This document shows positions 1 to 11,690 of a stretch of 64,000 nucleotides of DNA, one piece after another. Each line of letters begins with the position of its first letter. Position 1 is the stretch's first letter. The translations under genes and the position numbers were made by a program. This DNA comes from Epithemia pelagica. Its lineage: Eukaryota; Protista; Bacillariophyta. The stretch is taken from the NCBI GenBank assembly GCA_946965045.2, contig OX337228.1:1488001-1552000 (forward strand), in the 5' to 3' direction. The notes under the pieces are model-generated. The model saw nothing but the letters and a program-made list of their open reading frames with translations, was not told where the DNA came from and ran no database searches.

Positions 1-168
1 TTGACTGATGCAGTGACAATGACACCTCTCCCCGCATCTATAGATAGGAGTAGATAGAGATTACACTCGAGTTCTTTCTTATTCACTTGCAGAATAACAA
101 CACATATGTTAAATTTAGCTCTAGCATCAACCTTTCAAGCTGCATGTATATGCATATTGTGTCTATCT

Positions 169-807
169 CTAGTCCACTGCAATCACAAGCTTTCCGTTAC
201 GTTCTCCCAGTTTGTACATTGGCAGAGATCCTCCATCCTTGGATGAAAAAATGCTTTTGACGACGCCACCGAAGAGTCCTCCCGATTCTGTGGATTTCAC
301 CTTGCTGCCGTCTTTGAGAGTATAGGTTGCCTTGCAAAAGTCACAGACAATGCGAGGGGAGGATGTATCTTCATCAGCATTCTCGTCCGACGGCGCGGGT
401 GGTTCCACCACCTTTGCCTTGGTAAGAGGAATTTTACAGGAAGGACACGATGATCCAAAGCAATAGGTCTGTCCATTGTAGGCCTTGACCACAGCCACAG
501 CACCCGTTGGGTTGGTGGCAGAATCCTTCATTGTCGGCAGCTCCGTGTCCAGCAATCCCACACGGCCTGTTTCGGATGGAAGCTTTTGGTTTGGTGGCAT
601 GGGGCACCAATTTATATCTGTTCGCAATGAGACCTCGTCACCACTTTTCTCCACTCGGCTTCTTTTTAATTTGCCTCGCCCCCTTTGCTTCGCCGAAAGC
701 TCCGAGCTGTAGCGTTGAGGTACAAACCCATTGCTTCCATGTAGAAATGCTCTTGACGGTTCCAAGAGCAGCATCAGTGCCACACAGAGAGAGGAAAGAT
801 GCTTCAT
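169..807 (-). CDS. Plastid-targeted Rieske-like domain protein (CxxC...CxxC variant)
   Basis: ATG at 807 gives MKHLSSLCVALMLLLEPSRA-FLH, a signal peptide + F diatom plastid motif. C-terminal CPSCKIPL...CDFCKATYTLKDG has the spacing of Rieske ferredoxin boxes and ends in a Rieske-like terminal strand (LPMYKLGERNGKLVI). Confidence 0.65.
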   Translation of the reverse strand: MKHLSSLCVALMLLLEPSRAFLHGSNGFVPQRYSSELSAKQRGRGKLKRSRVEKSGDEVSLRTDINWCPMPPNQKLPSETGRVGLLDTELPTMKDSATNPTGAVAVVKAYNGQTYCFGSSCPSCKIPLTKAKVVEPPAPSDENADEDTSSPRIVCDFCKATYTLKDGSKVKSTESGGLFGGVVKSIFSSKDGGSLPMYKLGERNGKLVIAVD

Positions 808-2527
808 GGTCGTTGCTGGGATACAAGTTCTCGAAAGTGAGTGTTGTGTGTCAACCGTCAACTGAAGACCAACAAAAAATGAGGCCACATCACGATATGA
901 TTCAGTCTGCATCGTAACCCGAATGTTGTGCTATTTGCTGTGTCAGTTCTGGTCCAACTCCGAGTACGAAAGATGGTCGCACAAAGGGTCGCTGGTCGCT
1001 GAAAATCCGTGTCTATGACGAACGTGGCTGATTACCACGGAAGAATGTTTTTTGGCCAATCAGATGCATTCAAGTCATTTCACGCACTGTCGCGGTGCAT
1101 ACGTTGATGCGGAAGAAAAAAGACATCAAGGGGTGTTCGAGGTGTCTTCACGCCACATTTTTTGGTAAGTGCGGAGGTGCAATTGCATTTGCATACACGA
1201 GACACGATGCACGATGAAACGAGGTGTCTCCGGCGGAATCTTTGCGCCTTGGCCAATGTCTCTGAAATCTGAACAACCGGATCAAGTTTGGAAATCGAGT
1301 CTCCTCTCACATTTTTTTCAAATGTTTCTTTGTGGCTTTCATTTCCAGATTCAGTGCTGTGCCAAACACTTTGGGACTGTCACCGTTGAACACAAGAATC
1401 TTGACTGCTCCGGTCTAAACGTCGACGCCCAAGTGTCTGTCCAAGAAGAAGAGTGTACGGAGGCTCGTTCACCAAGGAAAAGTCAAGACAGTTGCCAAAT
1501 CATGAATATCATTGTTGGTCACGGCTTTAAAGGTGCTGGATCCTGCCCTTCTCGACGTGCAAAGTGCAAACATGACGTTGTTTGGGTGACTTCTCTCCAG
1601 AAACTGTCGTTTTCGAAGCGATGGATTCACAGCAGCTCCTGTACGGATGGCCCATGCTTCACATCCTACTCACTGTCGCAGCACAACAATCACGAAGGTG
1701 ATCACAGCCCGGATTTGTCACAACAGCACCACCTGAATGCATCGAGTTATGGATACCGAATTGTTCCACCGATGCAAGGCACAAGATATACGTCGACGCA
1801 ACCAATGAGAATGAGTGGCGAACAACGTCGTGGGCCAAAGATGACGTCCTCCCTGCCATGGCGGCGGACTGCACCATCTACTACTACGTGTAGACCCACG
1901 GTTAACACGCTCGGGGATATCTATGCCAAGGCAACAGGCTACAGCAACAGTCTTTACGTGCCATCTCATGACTGTTTTACAGAGTCGCCAGACTGGGATT
2001 TGATTCTTCACGAAGAAGAGCTAGTAGAAGAGCAATAGAGACATAATCTAGTAGGTAGACGCATTAGATAAGGCCATAGTTCGAACAGTGCAAATTGTCC
2101 GGCACACATGTTTGACGCAAGGAACGACCATGGCACTCTAAGATTTCCGATGATACGATCGTTAAAATGCCATGGTCTAGGAAGCCCTAGAGAGCATCAC
2201 CAAAAAGTCGTACTCGTAACTCGTACTAGCAATCATCGCAATCGCACGGAGCGACTGAGGATTCAGCGACATGACGTAGAACGTACACAATGATGCACTT
2301 ACTTGCAATATCTCTATGGTAGTCATACTCGTACATCATTGAGTACGAACTTATTAGAAGCATGCAATTATCAATTATCCATGCCTCATCTCTGTGACAT
2401 CAACACGACAATTTAGTGCGACTAAAACGGCATAGTAATTATCACACAGCTTCAATACGACACGATATCGACACGGTGGAGCATGGAGAATCTCCACTGT
2501 CTAAAAAAATTATTTACGATGAGACAA

Positions 2528-2690
2528 CCGTAAATTGCGGAACTTAAGAACCGCCGCTTATAAGCACCATTTGGGCCATTTCGTAGGACATCGTACTTGG
2601 CCCACCCTAATGTTAAGGTGCGGAGGATAAGCACCATTTTGTCTAAAAGGAGGACATTATTTGGTGGTTCTTAAGTTCCGCAATTTACGG
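2528..2690. mobile_element. MITE-like element, 163 bp, with 28-bp terminal inverted repeats
   Basis: 2528-2555 CCGTAAATTGCGGAACTTAAGAACCGCC and 2663-2690 GGTGGTTCTTAAGTTCCGCAATTTACGG are reverse complements at 27/28. There is an internal direct repeat ATAAGCACCATTT x2. No convincing TSD (AA on both sides). Confidence 0.6.
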
Positions 2691-2849
2691 AAGATTGACA
2701 ACGTCTAACGTCTTGTTCCGCCATCGCCATTCGCCATATTGACCATGTCTATTGCAATATAGTTGCAACGAGCAACCCCGTTTGCTGGTTGACACCACCA
2801 CCAACTTGGAGCTTGGAGCATCACACATGATCGGGTTTGCGTTCTCCTC

Positions 2850-3488
2850 ATGCACTATTTTTCCAAGTCTCTTTCTTTCTCTATTCCGTGGAACGAACAA
2901 GAACTGCAAACATTGAGTATCATGGTGATGGGTCGAATCTGGAACAACCTTTCGCTCCGGAGCAAGTGCTCCATTCTTGGAGCAACGGAATGGACGGGTC
3001 CCGTCGTTCGGCAACAGGCCTGTGGCATCCTTCCCGTTATTTGTACGAGTTCCAGTTTCGCGGAACCCACCACCACCACCACAAGTCCCTGGTCCCCTTG
3101 CGATTCGGATTACAGGATTGGAGGAGGGTCCGAATCGGCCACTCATTCCATCGCCGCCCATGGGTATCCTTGCTGCAGCAGCAGCAGCATGGAGGAGGGA
3201 CCTCCCATCCTGTTGTTCCCTTCGTACTGTGGCAGTACCGTGTGGGAATCGTCGGTCGTGACGCGCCGTACGGTGAGCACACTGGGTGCCATCTTGTCCC
3301 CTGCGGCGGCAACCAGCAAGACCAAGTTTTGGGTGGACGACGACGCATGGATGGAACCCAACGATTCCTACGACACCCTGGTGAAGGAACGCGTTTCGTG
3401 GAGTTGGAACGAACACTCAGAGTACCCGAGCCGGGGAGGAGACGACGATGTGGATGATGTCCATGAGGGTCATGAGGTTGACTTTTGA
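2850..3488 (+). CDS. Hypothetical protein (212 aa)
   Basis: ATG-initiated ORF with a protein-like acidic C-terminus (WMEPNDSYDTLVKERVSWSW). No recognised domain; the true start is uncertain. Confidence 0.45.
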   Translation: MHYFSKSLSFSIPWNEQELQTLSIMVMGRIWNNLSLRSKCSILGATEWTGPVVRQQACGILPVICTSSSFAEPTTTTTSPWSPCDSDYRIGGGSESATHSIAAHGYPCCSSSSMEEGPPILLFPSYCGSTVWESSVVTRRTVSTLGAILSPAAATSKTKFWVDDDAWMEPNDSYDTLVKERVSWSWNEHSEYPSRGGDDDVDDVHEGHEVDF

Positions 3489-3739
3489 GGAGGAGGAAAC
3501 AAAGAGACACGATTCCATCATACTACTCCAGACACTGGACGCGACACCCAACAAAACGACATGATAGACACCTTAGAGACACACGCTGATAGAGAGAGAT
3601 GGGAACAGGAGCGCCGATAGATAGAAGATTTACAAAGGCAAGACCCGAATACAATGAAATGATAAACTAATAAGCTACAACCAGAATCCATCCAATGGTC
3701 TAACCTTGGAATGATTGCGAGCCCAGGAATCCGTAGCTT

Positions 3740-4429
3740 TTAGGAATCGTACACGCTCTTGTATTCCGAAATCTGGTAGTCTTGCGTGTCATAGTCACCC
3801 ACGGCGTATTCGGAAACCTCGTACTCGTGACCAAAGGTGCCAGTGTTGTTGTTGTTGTTGGTCTCAGTCATGGTGCGGGGAGGCACGGCAATGGTGGCAT
3901 CCCGTGTTCCACCCGCGTTGTCGTTGTTGTATTCCATGTCCATGGTCGTTTGGACAAAGCCCGCGTCTTCCTGGCCTTGTCGTTGTCGGGCCCGTTGATT
4001 CGCCTCGTTCAATGCTTGTTCTTCCTGATTATTTTTGGCCCGAATGTCACGCGCATTGCGACGCACATCCTCTCGTTCTTGTTCATTCAGGAGACGGCCC
4101 CGATGTTCCCCCGTCTGCAACAAGTGCGCATGCCGGGCACTATTGTGCAAAGTGGTGGTCGTCTCGTAATAGCAATGGTGGTTGTTGTTGTACTGATGAT
4201 CGGAAGGAATGACTGGGGCATACCGAATTTCTTCTTCTTGTTGTGGCACATGAGAGGATCGTCCGGCCGGTGCTGGACCATTGATTGGAACGGCCGACAG
4301 TACGGTGGCGACTTGAGTCGTATCATTTGGTTGTCCGGATGGTTCCACCAACTCGGCCGTGGGAAGGAGCGTTCCTTCCAATTCATCATATTCTCGCACA
4401 GTGGGGGCTTGAGTGTCGCTGCTTTGCAT
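3740..4429 (-). CDS. Hypothetical protein (229 aa) with coiled-coil and Tyr/acidic C-terminal repeats
   Basis: ATG ORF; helical segment ERED..NQRARQRQ; C-terminus FGHEYEVSEY..DYDTQDYQISEYKSVYDS. Confidence 0.6.
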   Translation of the reverse strand: MQSSDTQAPTVREYDELEGTLLPTAELVEPSGQPNDTTQVATVLSAVPINGPAPAGRSSHVPQQEEEIRYAPVIPSDHQYNNNHHCYYETTTTLHNSARHAHLLQTGEHRGRLLNEQEREDVRRNARDIRAKNNQEEQALNEANQRARQRQGQEDAGFVQTTMDMEYNNDNAGGTRDATIAVPPRTMTETNNNNNTGTFGHEYEVSEYAVGDYDTQDYQISEYKSVYDS

Positions 4430-4734
4430 GGTGGTCCGTGTGGTGGTTGTCTATATATTGATTGTGAGAGGATAGGAAGAGTGTGTTTGCTGGTGCCTTC
4501 TTGTTGACACTCACGAAACAAACAGAGAGAAAAAAAACACGACAGCGCGGGGAGCGTCGCATTCGGAACAAACGAAGGGGCTCTTAACCGCTCTTTGGTC
4601 GCTGTAAGAGAGAATTCGTTTTCTCGGTTCATTCTCGTCGTCGCACGTTTCATGTCTGTTGCTTCAAAACCTGTGTTACCCTGTCTCCCTGAGGGTGTTG
4701 TTGTTCGTATTGTCTCTGCTATAGTATTCCATTC

Positions 4735-7164
4735 ATGTTTTCCTCGTTTGGCTTTTCCTCCGCTGCGTCGGCGGCATCATCGCCACCACAGCCAGCACTG
4801 GCAGCATCGAATCGTGCCGGCCACAACAACCACAACCACAGAGTGAGGAGTTCCAGGATGCAGCCGCGTCCTCCGGCACAAGTCCTACGAGCGGAAGAAG
4901 AGGTCCTGGACTTTTTCACCGATACATCCTATGTCAATGTTCATGAAACCGATGCGGACGAAGTGGATATATTATTGGCAGGAGGAGATCCCGGAACATC
5001 GTCGTCGTCGCCATGGCACAATCATCCTTATCAGGGTCCTCAACACCACCACCAATGGCTGTACGAACCGAACGAAACTCACCACCACCACGACAAGGTG
5101 AGCCACCGGACGGCTCGATTGGATGCCTTGGCCGTGCTACTGAGTAGTCCTTCGCCGTCCGCCACCTCGTCGTCGTCGACCAAGGTGGAACAGTTGGTTT
5201 CCTTGTTGGAACAGGCGACACGGCAAATGAATCGAGCGGCTCACTGTCAACAACAACAACAGCAAGCGACGACGACAAGTTCCGATCCGCAGGTTCTCTT
5301 GACGGAAGCAGTGCAGGCTCATGAGGCTTCGGCACAACTGTTTTATCAGGCGGCTTGTTTGCTGGAGGAAACCCGATCGTCACCACAACCTCCACACGAC
5401 GGACCGTCATGCCATTCCGTGTCGTCCTCTTCTTCATCATCATCATTGGCAAGATCCTTTTTGCTCCTGAGTCAATTCCAAGCCAGATCCGCCTTGGGAT
5501 TGGCCAAAGTATTGCAACCACCAGGAGGAGGACCACCCTCGATTACGAGACCACGGTCCACTCCACCAACGACGACCGCATCCACAGCGACGGTCGGATC
5601 CACGCCCTTGTCGTCGTCCACCCGTCCCTCGTCGTCGTCGTCGTCTCACGCCTCACCTTCGGCCGCACAAGATCGAATTCGAGAAACGGTGCGGGGGGTG
5701 TGGAATTCGGCACCACCCGAAGCGGACTTGTCCGAATCTGTCTTTTTGGGCAAACCCAAACAAGCACCACCAACAACAACAACAGCAGCGACAGAGCATC
5801 CAACAGCAGCAACAACAACCACCACTGCCGCCCCCAATCCGATTGACGAAATGATGAATTTAGAACGAGAATTGCGTGATATGGACATGGCCTTGGAATT
5901 GGGCAACTCCTTGGCTTCCTTGGATACTACTACTACTACGACTTTCGGTAAACACCCTGCGGGACGACACCCCAAAACGTTGGATGGAAGTTTCATGGTG
6001 GTTCCACCGGCATCTTCCTCTTCCGCCAACTTGTCCAATTCCTTGTCGGCATCCTTCTTGTCCACTTCCATGATGATGAATAATCCAGGCGCCACCACTA
6101 CCACCAACACGTCACCTCCGGGCAACAACCCGAGGACTCTGCAACCCACGACATGTGGGACGGCCAGTGTCCGTGCTCGAGCCAATCGTGTCCAAACCCT
6201 GTCTTCCAAGGCTCCAACACCGGCAACGACGACGACTACTACTACGACACCCGCTTCGGTGCCGGTCCAATCCACGGCACGATCCACATCGACTGGATTG
6301 GAATCGAGCTGGTGGGGCAATTCGTCCACCATGTCCATTTTGTCGACGCCAACGACCAGTCCTCCAACGGCTTCGTCGCGAACAACCACAACCACATCAG
6401 CGAGTGTGAATGGTCATTCCGTGGCGAGCGAGAAAGCTTCTCATTCAAACAAGCAATTGTTACGGTTGATGGACTCGTTGAAACGGTTGGGCGATGAAAA
6501 TGCGGCCTTGTTGCGGGAAGTGGAGGATGCCGAAGCGGCTCGAGCCGAGGCCAAGGCCGCCAAGGTGGAAATGCAACGATTCAAACAAGAATATCAAAAA
6601 CGATTTGAAACTCTCAAAGACATGCTCCAACGATTCCGCAAAGGGTTTGGCGGCATGTCTCGGACTGCCGAACCGCCCGGATCGTCCAATCCTCCGACGA
6701 CTCCCAATACCAATGCTGCTCCTACTACTCCTACTACAGGCTCCAGCCTGTTGCCCAATTGGGTGGCCAATAGTCAATACTTGTTGGCCGCCTCGACTTC
6801 GGAGCAATTGCAACGACAGGAACATTTGATTCGCAAATTAACCATGGATTTGAAAAAAGAAAAGGACGAGGCCAAGAAAAAGGATGTCATTTTTCGTCGT
6901 TACGAGAGTTTTTATCGCGATGTCAAGGCCATGAGTGCTCAAAAGGCGGCACAGCGGAAACAGCAGCAACAACAACAGCAACAAAAAGGTTCGGCGTCAC
7001 CCCCCACCAAGGGAGTCTCACCAACAGGCACTCCCCGACGAGCTCCGCCGACTCCGCCATCCCAATCCATGCAGCGACCATTGCAATCCTCGAGTGGCAG
7101 TAGCCGGCGATCCGACCCATCCACCACCACGGTACATCGTGTGACGAGCAAGTCCACCAAGTGA
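4735..7164 (+). CDS. Hypothetical low-complexity/coiled-coil protein (809 aa), possible MIT-like N-terminal helices
   Basis: Long ATG ORF with S/T/P/Q-rich tracts and heptad coiled coils (LMDSLKRLGDENAALLREVE...; EHLIRKLTMDLKKEK). Confidence 0.7.
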   Translation: MFSSFGFSSAASAASSPPQPALAASNRAGHNNHNHRVRSSRMQPRPPAQVLRAEEEVLDFFTDTSYVNVHETDADEVDILLAGGDPGTSSSSPWHNHPYQGPQHHHQWLYEPNETHHHHDKVSHRTARLDALAVLLSSPSPSATSSSSTKVEQLVSLLEQATRQMNRAAHCQQQQQQATTTSSDPQVLLTEAVQAHEASAQLFYQAACLLEETRSSPQPPHDGPSCHSVSSSSSSSSLARSFLLLSQFQARSALGLAKVLQPPGGGPPSITRPRSTPPTTTASTATVGSTPLSSSTRPSSSSSSHASPSAAQDRIRETVRGVWNSAPPEADLSESVFLGKPKQAPPTTTTAATEHPTAATTTTTAAPNPIDEMMNLERELRDMDMALELGNSLASLDTTTTTTFGKHPAGRHPKTLDGSFMVVPPASSSSANLSNSLSASFLSTSMMMNNPGATTTTNTSPPGNNPRTLQPTTCGTASVRARANRVQTLSSKAPTPATTTTTTTTPASVPVQSTARSTSTGLESSWWGNSSTMSILSTPTTSPPTASSRTTTTTSASVNGHSVASEKASHSNKQLLRLMDSLKRLGDENAALLREVEDAEAARAEAKAAKVEMQRFKQEYQKRFETLKDMLQRFRKGFGGMSRTAEPPGSSNPPTTPNTNAAPTTPTTGSSLLPNWVANSQYLLAASTSEQLQRQEHLIRKLTMDLKKEKDEAKKKDVIFRRYESFYRDVKAMSAQKAAQRKQQQQQQQQKGSASPPTKGVSPTGTPRRAPPTPPSQSMQRPLQSSSGSSRRSDPSTTTVHRVTSKSTK

Positions 7165-7829
7165 AACGCACCGTCGACGAAGTTGGTGGACGATTGTCGA
7201 CACGAAATGATTTGTACTGCTGGACGATTGTGCACCGCGACATCGGAGTTTATTCGTTGGGTCGAATCATGCTTCAGTGATGAGGGATAATAACTTTTAA
7301 CGGTTTATCCTTTCCCTTGGAAGTTCGTTCCCATTAGTCCGAGACTGTTTCGCTCGTCTTTCTTAGGGTATCGTCTCGCTTTTTCACACATTTCTTGCTT
7401 GCCGAGGTATCGACACTCCCATGGTGCTGGTGTGTTACGATGGTGCACTTTGACCCTGGTTCTTTGTCGCCTCTAGAGACTCGTATTCTTCTCTTTACCC
7501 GATTCATCTACCGATATCGGTTTACCAGATTCTTGTGGACTTGGGGCGCTCGAGCCGACAAGAACTGGGCCCATCCATTTTCTTGGTAAGGAAGAACTAG
7601 GTATGTGACCACACTGACAACACATTGCCCGACTAGCATGATCCGCGCAAATCATTCTTCACCCCTAAGGTCGTCAACCAAACTCTGCGTTCCTGGCTTC
7701 CGTGTTGCATCCACCCGGGAACTCAACCGTTCCCGTCCTCGAAGTGTAGAAGCTATCTTCGTTGCTGTCGTATTATCATCCCGAGACAGATGCTGCAACT
7801 TTTCAAGAGCTTCCACCTTGACAATCGCT
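7096..7829. repeat. Inverted duplication segment a (partner 16162-16925)
   Basis: Reverse complement aligns to 16162-16925. It contains the 3' end of the 809-aa gene, intergenic DNA and an inverted 3' end of the AAA gene. I counted 11 differences in the 178-bp AAA part. Confidence 0.9.
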
Positions 7830-8729
7830 GGCCGCCTCCAGTTCTTCTCCTCTTTTGGAATGGCACGAGTGGGCTTGGGCCGCACGAGATGGATACTTGG
7901 GCATCATGGTACATCACGCTCTTCGCAACGGTGGACACTTGTAGACCATGTACGTCCCAATCCCTACAACACCGCCGGTATGTTTGATGCCGCTGTCCAA
8001 GGTCCAATCCTGTACAAGCATACACACACATTGTATACGCTTAGAATCCATCCATTCATCCATCCAAATTCTCCGACTTTCAACTAAATCTACATTGTGC
8101 CATCCGCTACCAGTGTATCTACCTGCTCCACGATGCTATGGGGGTAGTATATTCTCATTCATCTAGATACTCCTATTTGTGAATGCATCCGTGACCTTGT
8201 CCTCGGGTGCATGATTGTGGCTTGTATCTTTGGCCAACTCCTCTTAATCATATAGTCGTCGGTTCCGAGATTTGTATAACTTTTCTCGTCCACAGTTGAT
8301 AACACTCATCGTAGTATAAGCAGTGCCGTTGGAGAGAAAACAAAGGACTGATATCTGATTTGTTTACACGGATAATGCCTCTTAATATGGCTCTGGTGGT
8401 TATGGGGTACCCTCTGGCACACTACCGATCGTTTGAAGTTCTAGCTGATGAATCTTTATGAGGATATTGTTATTGATAAAAACCGCTGAGGCTCTAAAAT
8501 ATGCATGGCAATGAGTTTGTCCTTGAATTTCCAGCAGTTCTATATATAGTCAGTACAACTCTATGATCCCTTGTTCAAAACCGACGCCGCGTTGGCGAGA
8601 GAACACAAGCGTGCGATGAGTCCATAGAGTTGCAGGGAGCTCGTGACACCATCGGCAATCCTTAAGTGGGTAAAGCCAATCTCTCGCAAATACTCCAATT
8701 TGAGTGCTTCCGTCAAGTGGACACTGGCC
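7830..8729. repeat. Inverted duplication segment b (partner 16926-17495)
   Basis: Reverse complement aligns to 16926-17495 apart from a non-homologous middle (about 8115-8510 vs 17155-17225). It contains the 3' end of the 192-aa gene and the RFC2 3' end. Confidence 0.9.
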
Positions 8730-10075
8730 TTGACCACCTTGAACAAGGTACCAATAATATCCGATGTGGCGTAGCCCGACTGACAGAGGGATTGCATGGT
8801 CTTCACGGCGGCCCGCGTATCGGCTTGGTTCGAACACAAGTCAATGATCTGCGCCACAATGTGTGGATGTGGTTGATCGCACACGGTAAAGACAGCGGCT
8901 TGGGTCAACATTTGTGAGGATGATGCGGGTTGTTTCTGGTCCGGATCGTCGTCATCGTCATTGGTGGCAATCAAATTGACGGAAGCTTGTAAATTGTTGA
9001 GCGCATGCCGCATATCACCCTCGGCCGTAAACAAGAGCGCCTCCAAGGCCTCGTCCGTGTAGGTGACGCCTTCGGCTTGGCAGACCCGGAGCAAACACTC
9101 GAGGACTTGTTCATTGCTCAGTTTGGAATATCGCAAAATAGCGGCCCGACTTTGAATGGCCTCAATAATTTTGGTCGAGACGTTGCAGGCCAAGCAAAAT
9201 CGAGTCGTATTGGAAAACAATTCCATGGTCCGTCGCAGGGCTTGTTGTGCCGACGATGTCATGCTGTCGGCTTCGTCCAAAATAATAATCTTGTGTCTAG
9301 AGGTAGTAGAGAGAGATTGAGAGAATGAGGTGTCAGAAGGCATGTCTCTCGTGTTGGGTCCCACACGACACACCACAGGAAAGTGGCGGTCGAGGACGGC
9401 CATCCTCCACAAGGAGATATAAAGATGCATTTATGCTTGCTTACCTGCCAGGCGGAAGCAAGACTTTGTTCATGGCAAAACTTTTGATGCGACTCCGCAC
9501 CACATCAATCCCTCTGGCATCGGAAGCATTCAATTCCAAGACGGCATTTTTGTAATGTTTCCCCAACAATTCGCGTGCCAAGGCATGAACCGATGTGGTC
9601 TTGCCCGTTCCTGTTGTTTCACCATAGAAAAATTTGGATCAGGAATCCAAGCGACCAAAAAAAGAAGGTATCACCAGTTGCTGAAGTCACGTACCGGGTG
9701 GTCCTATCAATAGAGCATCGTGTGGAAGAGAAGATGGAACAATAGAAACGCATGAGACGACAAGTACTGCTAATACTGAATACTGGATCCGTTTGCAAAT
9801 CACATACCGGACAAGATGAGATTGGGCAAGTTTCCAGTCTTGGCAATGGCACGCAATCGACTGACAGTTTCTTCATTGCCCACAACATCGTCCAACGATT
9901 TGGGACGGTATTTTTCCACAAAGGGCAATTGATAGGAACTGCTGCTGGTCGTCATTGCGGGCTTGGTTCGGGAGGAGGATGAGGAGGATGGTGGTGGAAT
10001 GGTAGAGTTGCTGCTCGGTTTGGAATCAATCTCCATGGTTTCCGCCATTGCGTCATTGTTCAATGCGTCCGCCAT
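8561..10075 (-). CDS. RFC2: Replication factor C subunit 2 (yeast Rfc4 type); exons 10075-9808, 9703-9695, 9610-9445, 9296-8561
   Basis: [16 protein letters not shown], reconstructed Walker [42 protein letters not shown] and C-terminal [16 protein letters not shown]. All three introns are GT-AG and phase-consistent. Confidence 0.93.
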
Positions 10076-10509
10076 GCTAGAGGTTTTGCGAAGCGCGACC
10101 CAAAGGATGGAGGGAAAAGATGAGGCCACGGGGCGCGCCTGCACACGAGCGTGCACCGCTTCAGTGGCACGGCATGCTTGATCGTGATCCCTTTGTCACG
10201 ATGCGAACCGTTGGAGTGTGTTCGGATTTCGAACGGTCGCCCGCTCGTGCCGACACGACCACGTCGTCCCCGAACCCCGAACATGGTTTGAATGATGTAG
10301 AAGCGACCGGGCATATCTTGGATCATCTGGTTGTGTGGTTCTCTGCGCCGTCGTTCGATCCATCATCGACACACCAATCGAATAACACGTCTTTGATAGA
10401 CGAGGTTGCCCTCCATTTCCCATCACCAAATATCTCAAACCAAAACCGATATTGACAAGGAATAACAGCGCGTGAGCTCAAAAAAAAACAGACTCGAGAG
10501 TTCAAGAAG

Positions 10510-11154
10510 ATGATGCAGGTAACAAGAATTCACCTGTTGGTGTTGTGGAGTGCCAGCGCGGCTCATGGATTCAGTGTGGTGACCCCCATGAGATGTGCAG
10601 CCTCGTCGGTTTCCATGGAACCGAGCAACAACCAGCAAAACAACAACAAGAAACTGTCTTCTTCTTCTTCCTTGTCCTCCCGCAGTGGTCGTCCCCTCCA
10701 GTCTTCGTTTGCCGGCAACAATTTTGGGAACCAAGACGATGCGCGGTATCGTGAACTCTTGGCCAAGGCTCGGGGCTATGCCTATTACCGAAACAGTGAT
10801 ATGGGTGCCCCCTCTCCTCAAGATGCCCAACAAGTATTGGATGAAATCTTTTCCATGGAAGATTGGTGCACCTCCACAGCCACGGCGTCACCGGAGGTGT
10901 GTGAAAATGCCGATGAAGTGGCCGAGTTGGTGGTTCGATTGCGAGCCTTGGCGGCCACGTCGGAAGAAAAGACAGCCGTCATGTTTGATACCGTCTATTC
11001 CACCATGACACTCGCCGTGGTTCTCATGGTCGTTGTGGCCTCCTTTGTTTCGTCCCCCACCGAACTGGTCGATGCCACAACGGCAGCCTCGACCGCGGCC
11101 GACTTGGAGGACTTTTCCAATGTGGCCGTGGATGGCTTTATTTGGACCATGTAA
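10510..11154 (+). CDS. Hypothetical plastid-targeted membrane protein (214 aa)
   Basis: Signal peptide ...SAAHG-FSV, a Cys pair (WC..VC), and a hydrophobic segment TMTLAVVLMVVVASF. Confidence 0.65.
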   Translation: MMQVTRIHLLVLWSASAAHGFSVVTPMRCAASSVSMEPSNNQQNNNKKLSSSSSLSSRSGRPLQSSFAGNNFGNQDDARYRELLAKARGYAYYRNSDMGAPSPQDAQQVLDEIFSMEDWCTSTATASPEVCENADEVAELVVRLRALAATSEEKTAVMFDTVYSTMTLAVVLMVVVASFVSSPTELVDATTAASTAADLEDFSNVAVDGFIWTM

Positions 11155-11690
11155 TTCCTTGGTTGTGTGACAGACGACACGTGTCGAACCAAGGCGAAAA
11201 ACAAAAAAACAGAACCAACGACGACTATGTTCGACATTATTTGGCGGATGAAGGTAACCGATTGTTTGACTTTTGAAATTTCACGGAGTGATGCTGCTGC
11301 ATCCACCACAAGAAGATTGACACGAGAGTTCTGCGAGAAACATTCCATGACAATGCTGCAGAACAAGTATACACACAAGAGACCAAACACCTCTAGAGTA
11401 TTGGTGGAATGGCACTTACGTTTTACGGACCAGTGATTGTATCTAATATGCATAGTTTGAAACAAACGAACCAAAGAGTAATAATAAGAAACCTATTCCA
11501 TTGGAGTTTTCTCAACGCATAGCAATTATTTAGTTAGTATTTATGGAGGACAACATTTCATCCAACGAATGTGATATGTTGTTTGCTGTGAGGCCTCCAG
11601 AAAGATGAACAGGGAACCAAACGTTACTCCTTGACTCATTATCCGGTGGTCCAACAAACAGCCTGCATTGTTTCTTGTGTAGATTTTTTT

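Noticed and set aside
1169-2038. 289-aa ORF
   Set aside because: No recognisable motif or typical composition. Only the C-terminal part might be coding, so it is not supportable.
7652-7885. 77-aa ORF ending like the AAA protein
   Set aside because: Chance fusion across the inversion junction of antisense 192-aa gene sequence and the duplicated AAA 3' end.
8561-9430. 289-aa ORF as a stand-alone gene
   Set aside because: Its N-terminal part is RFC2 intron 3; the real exon starts at 9296.
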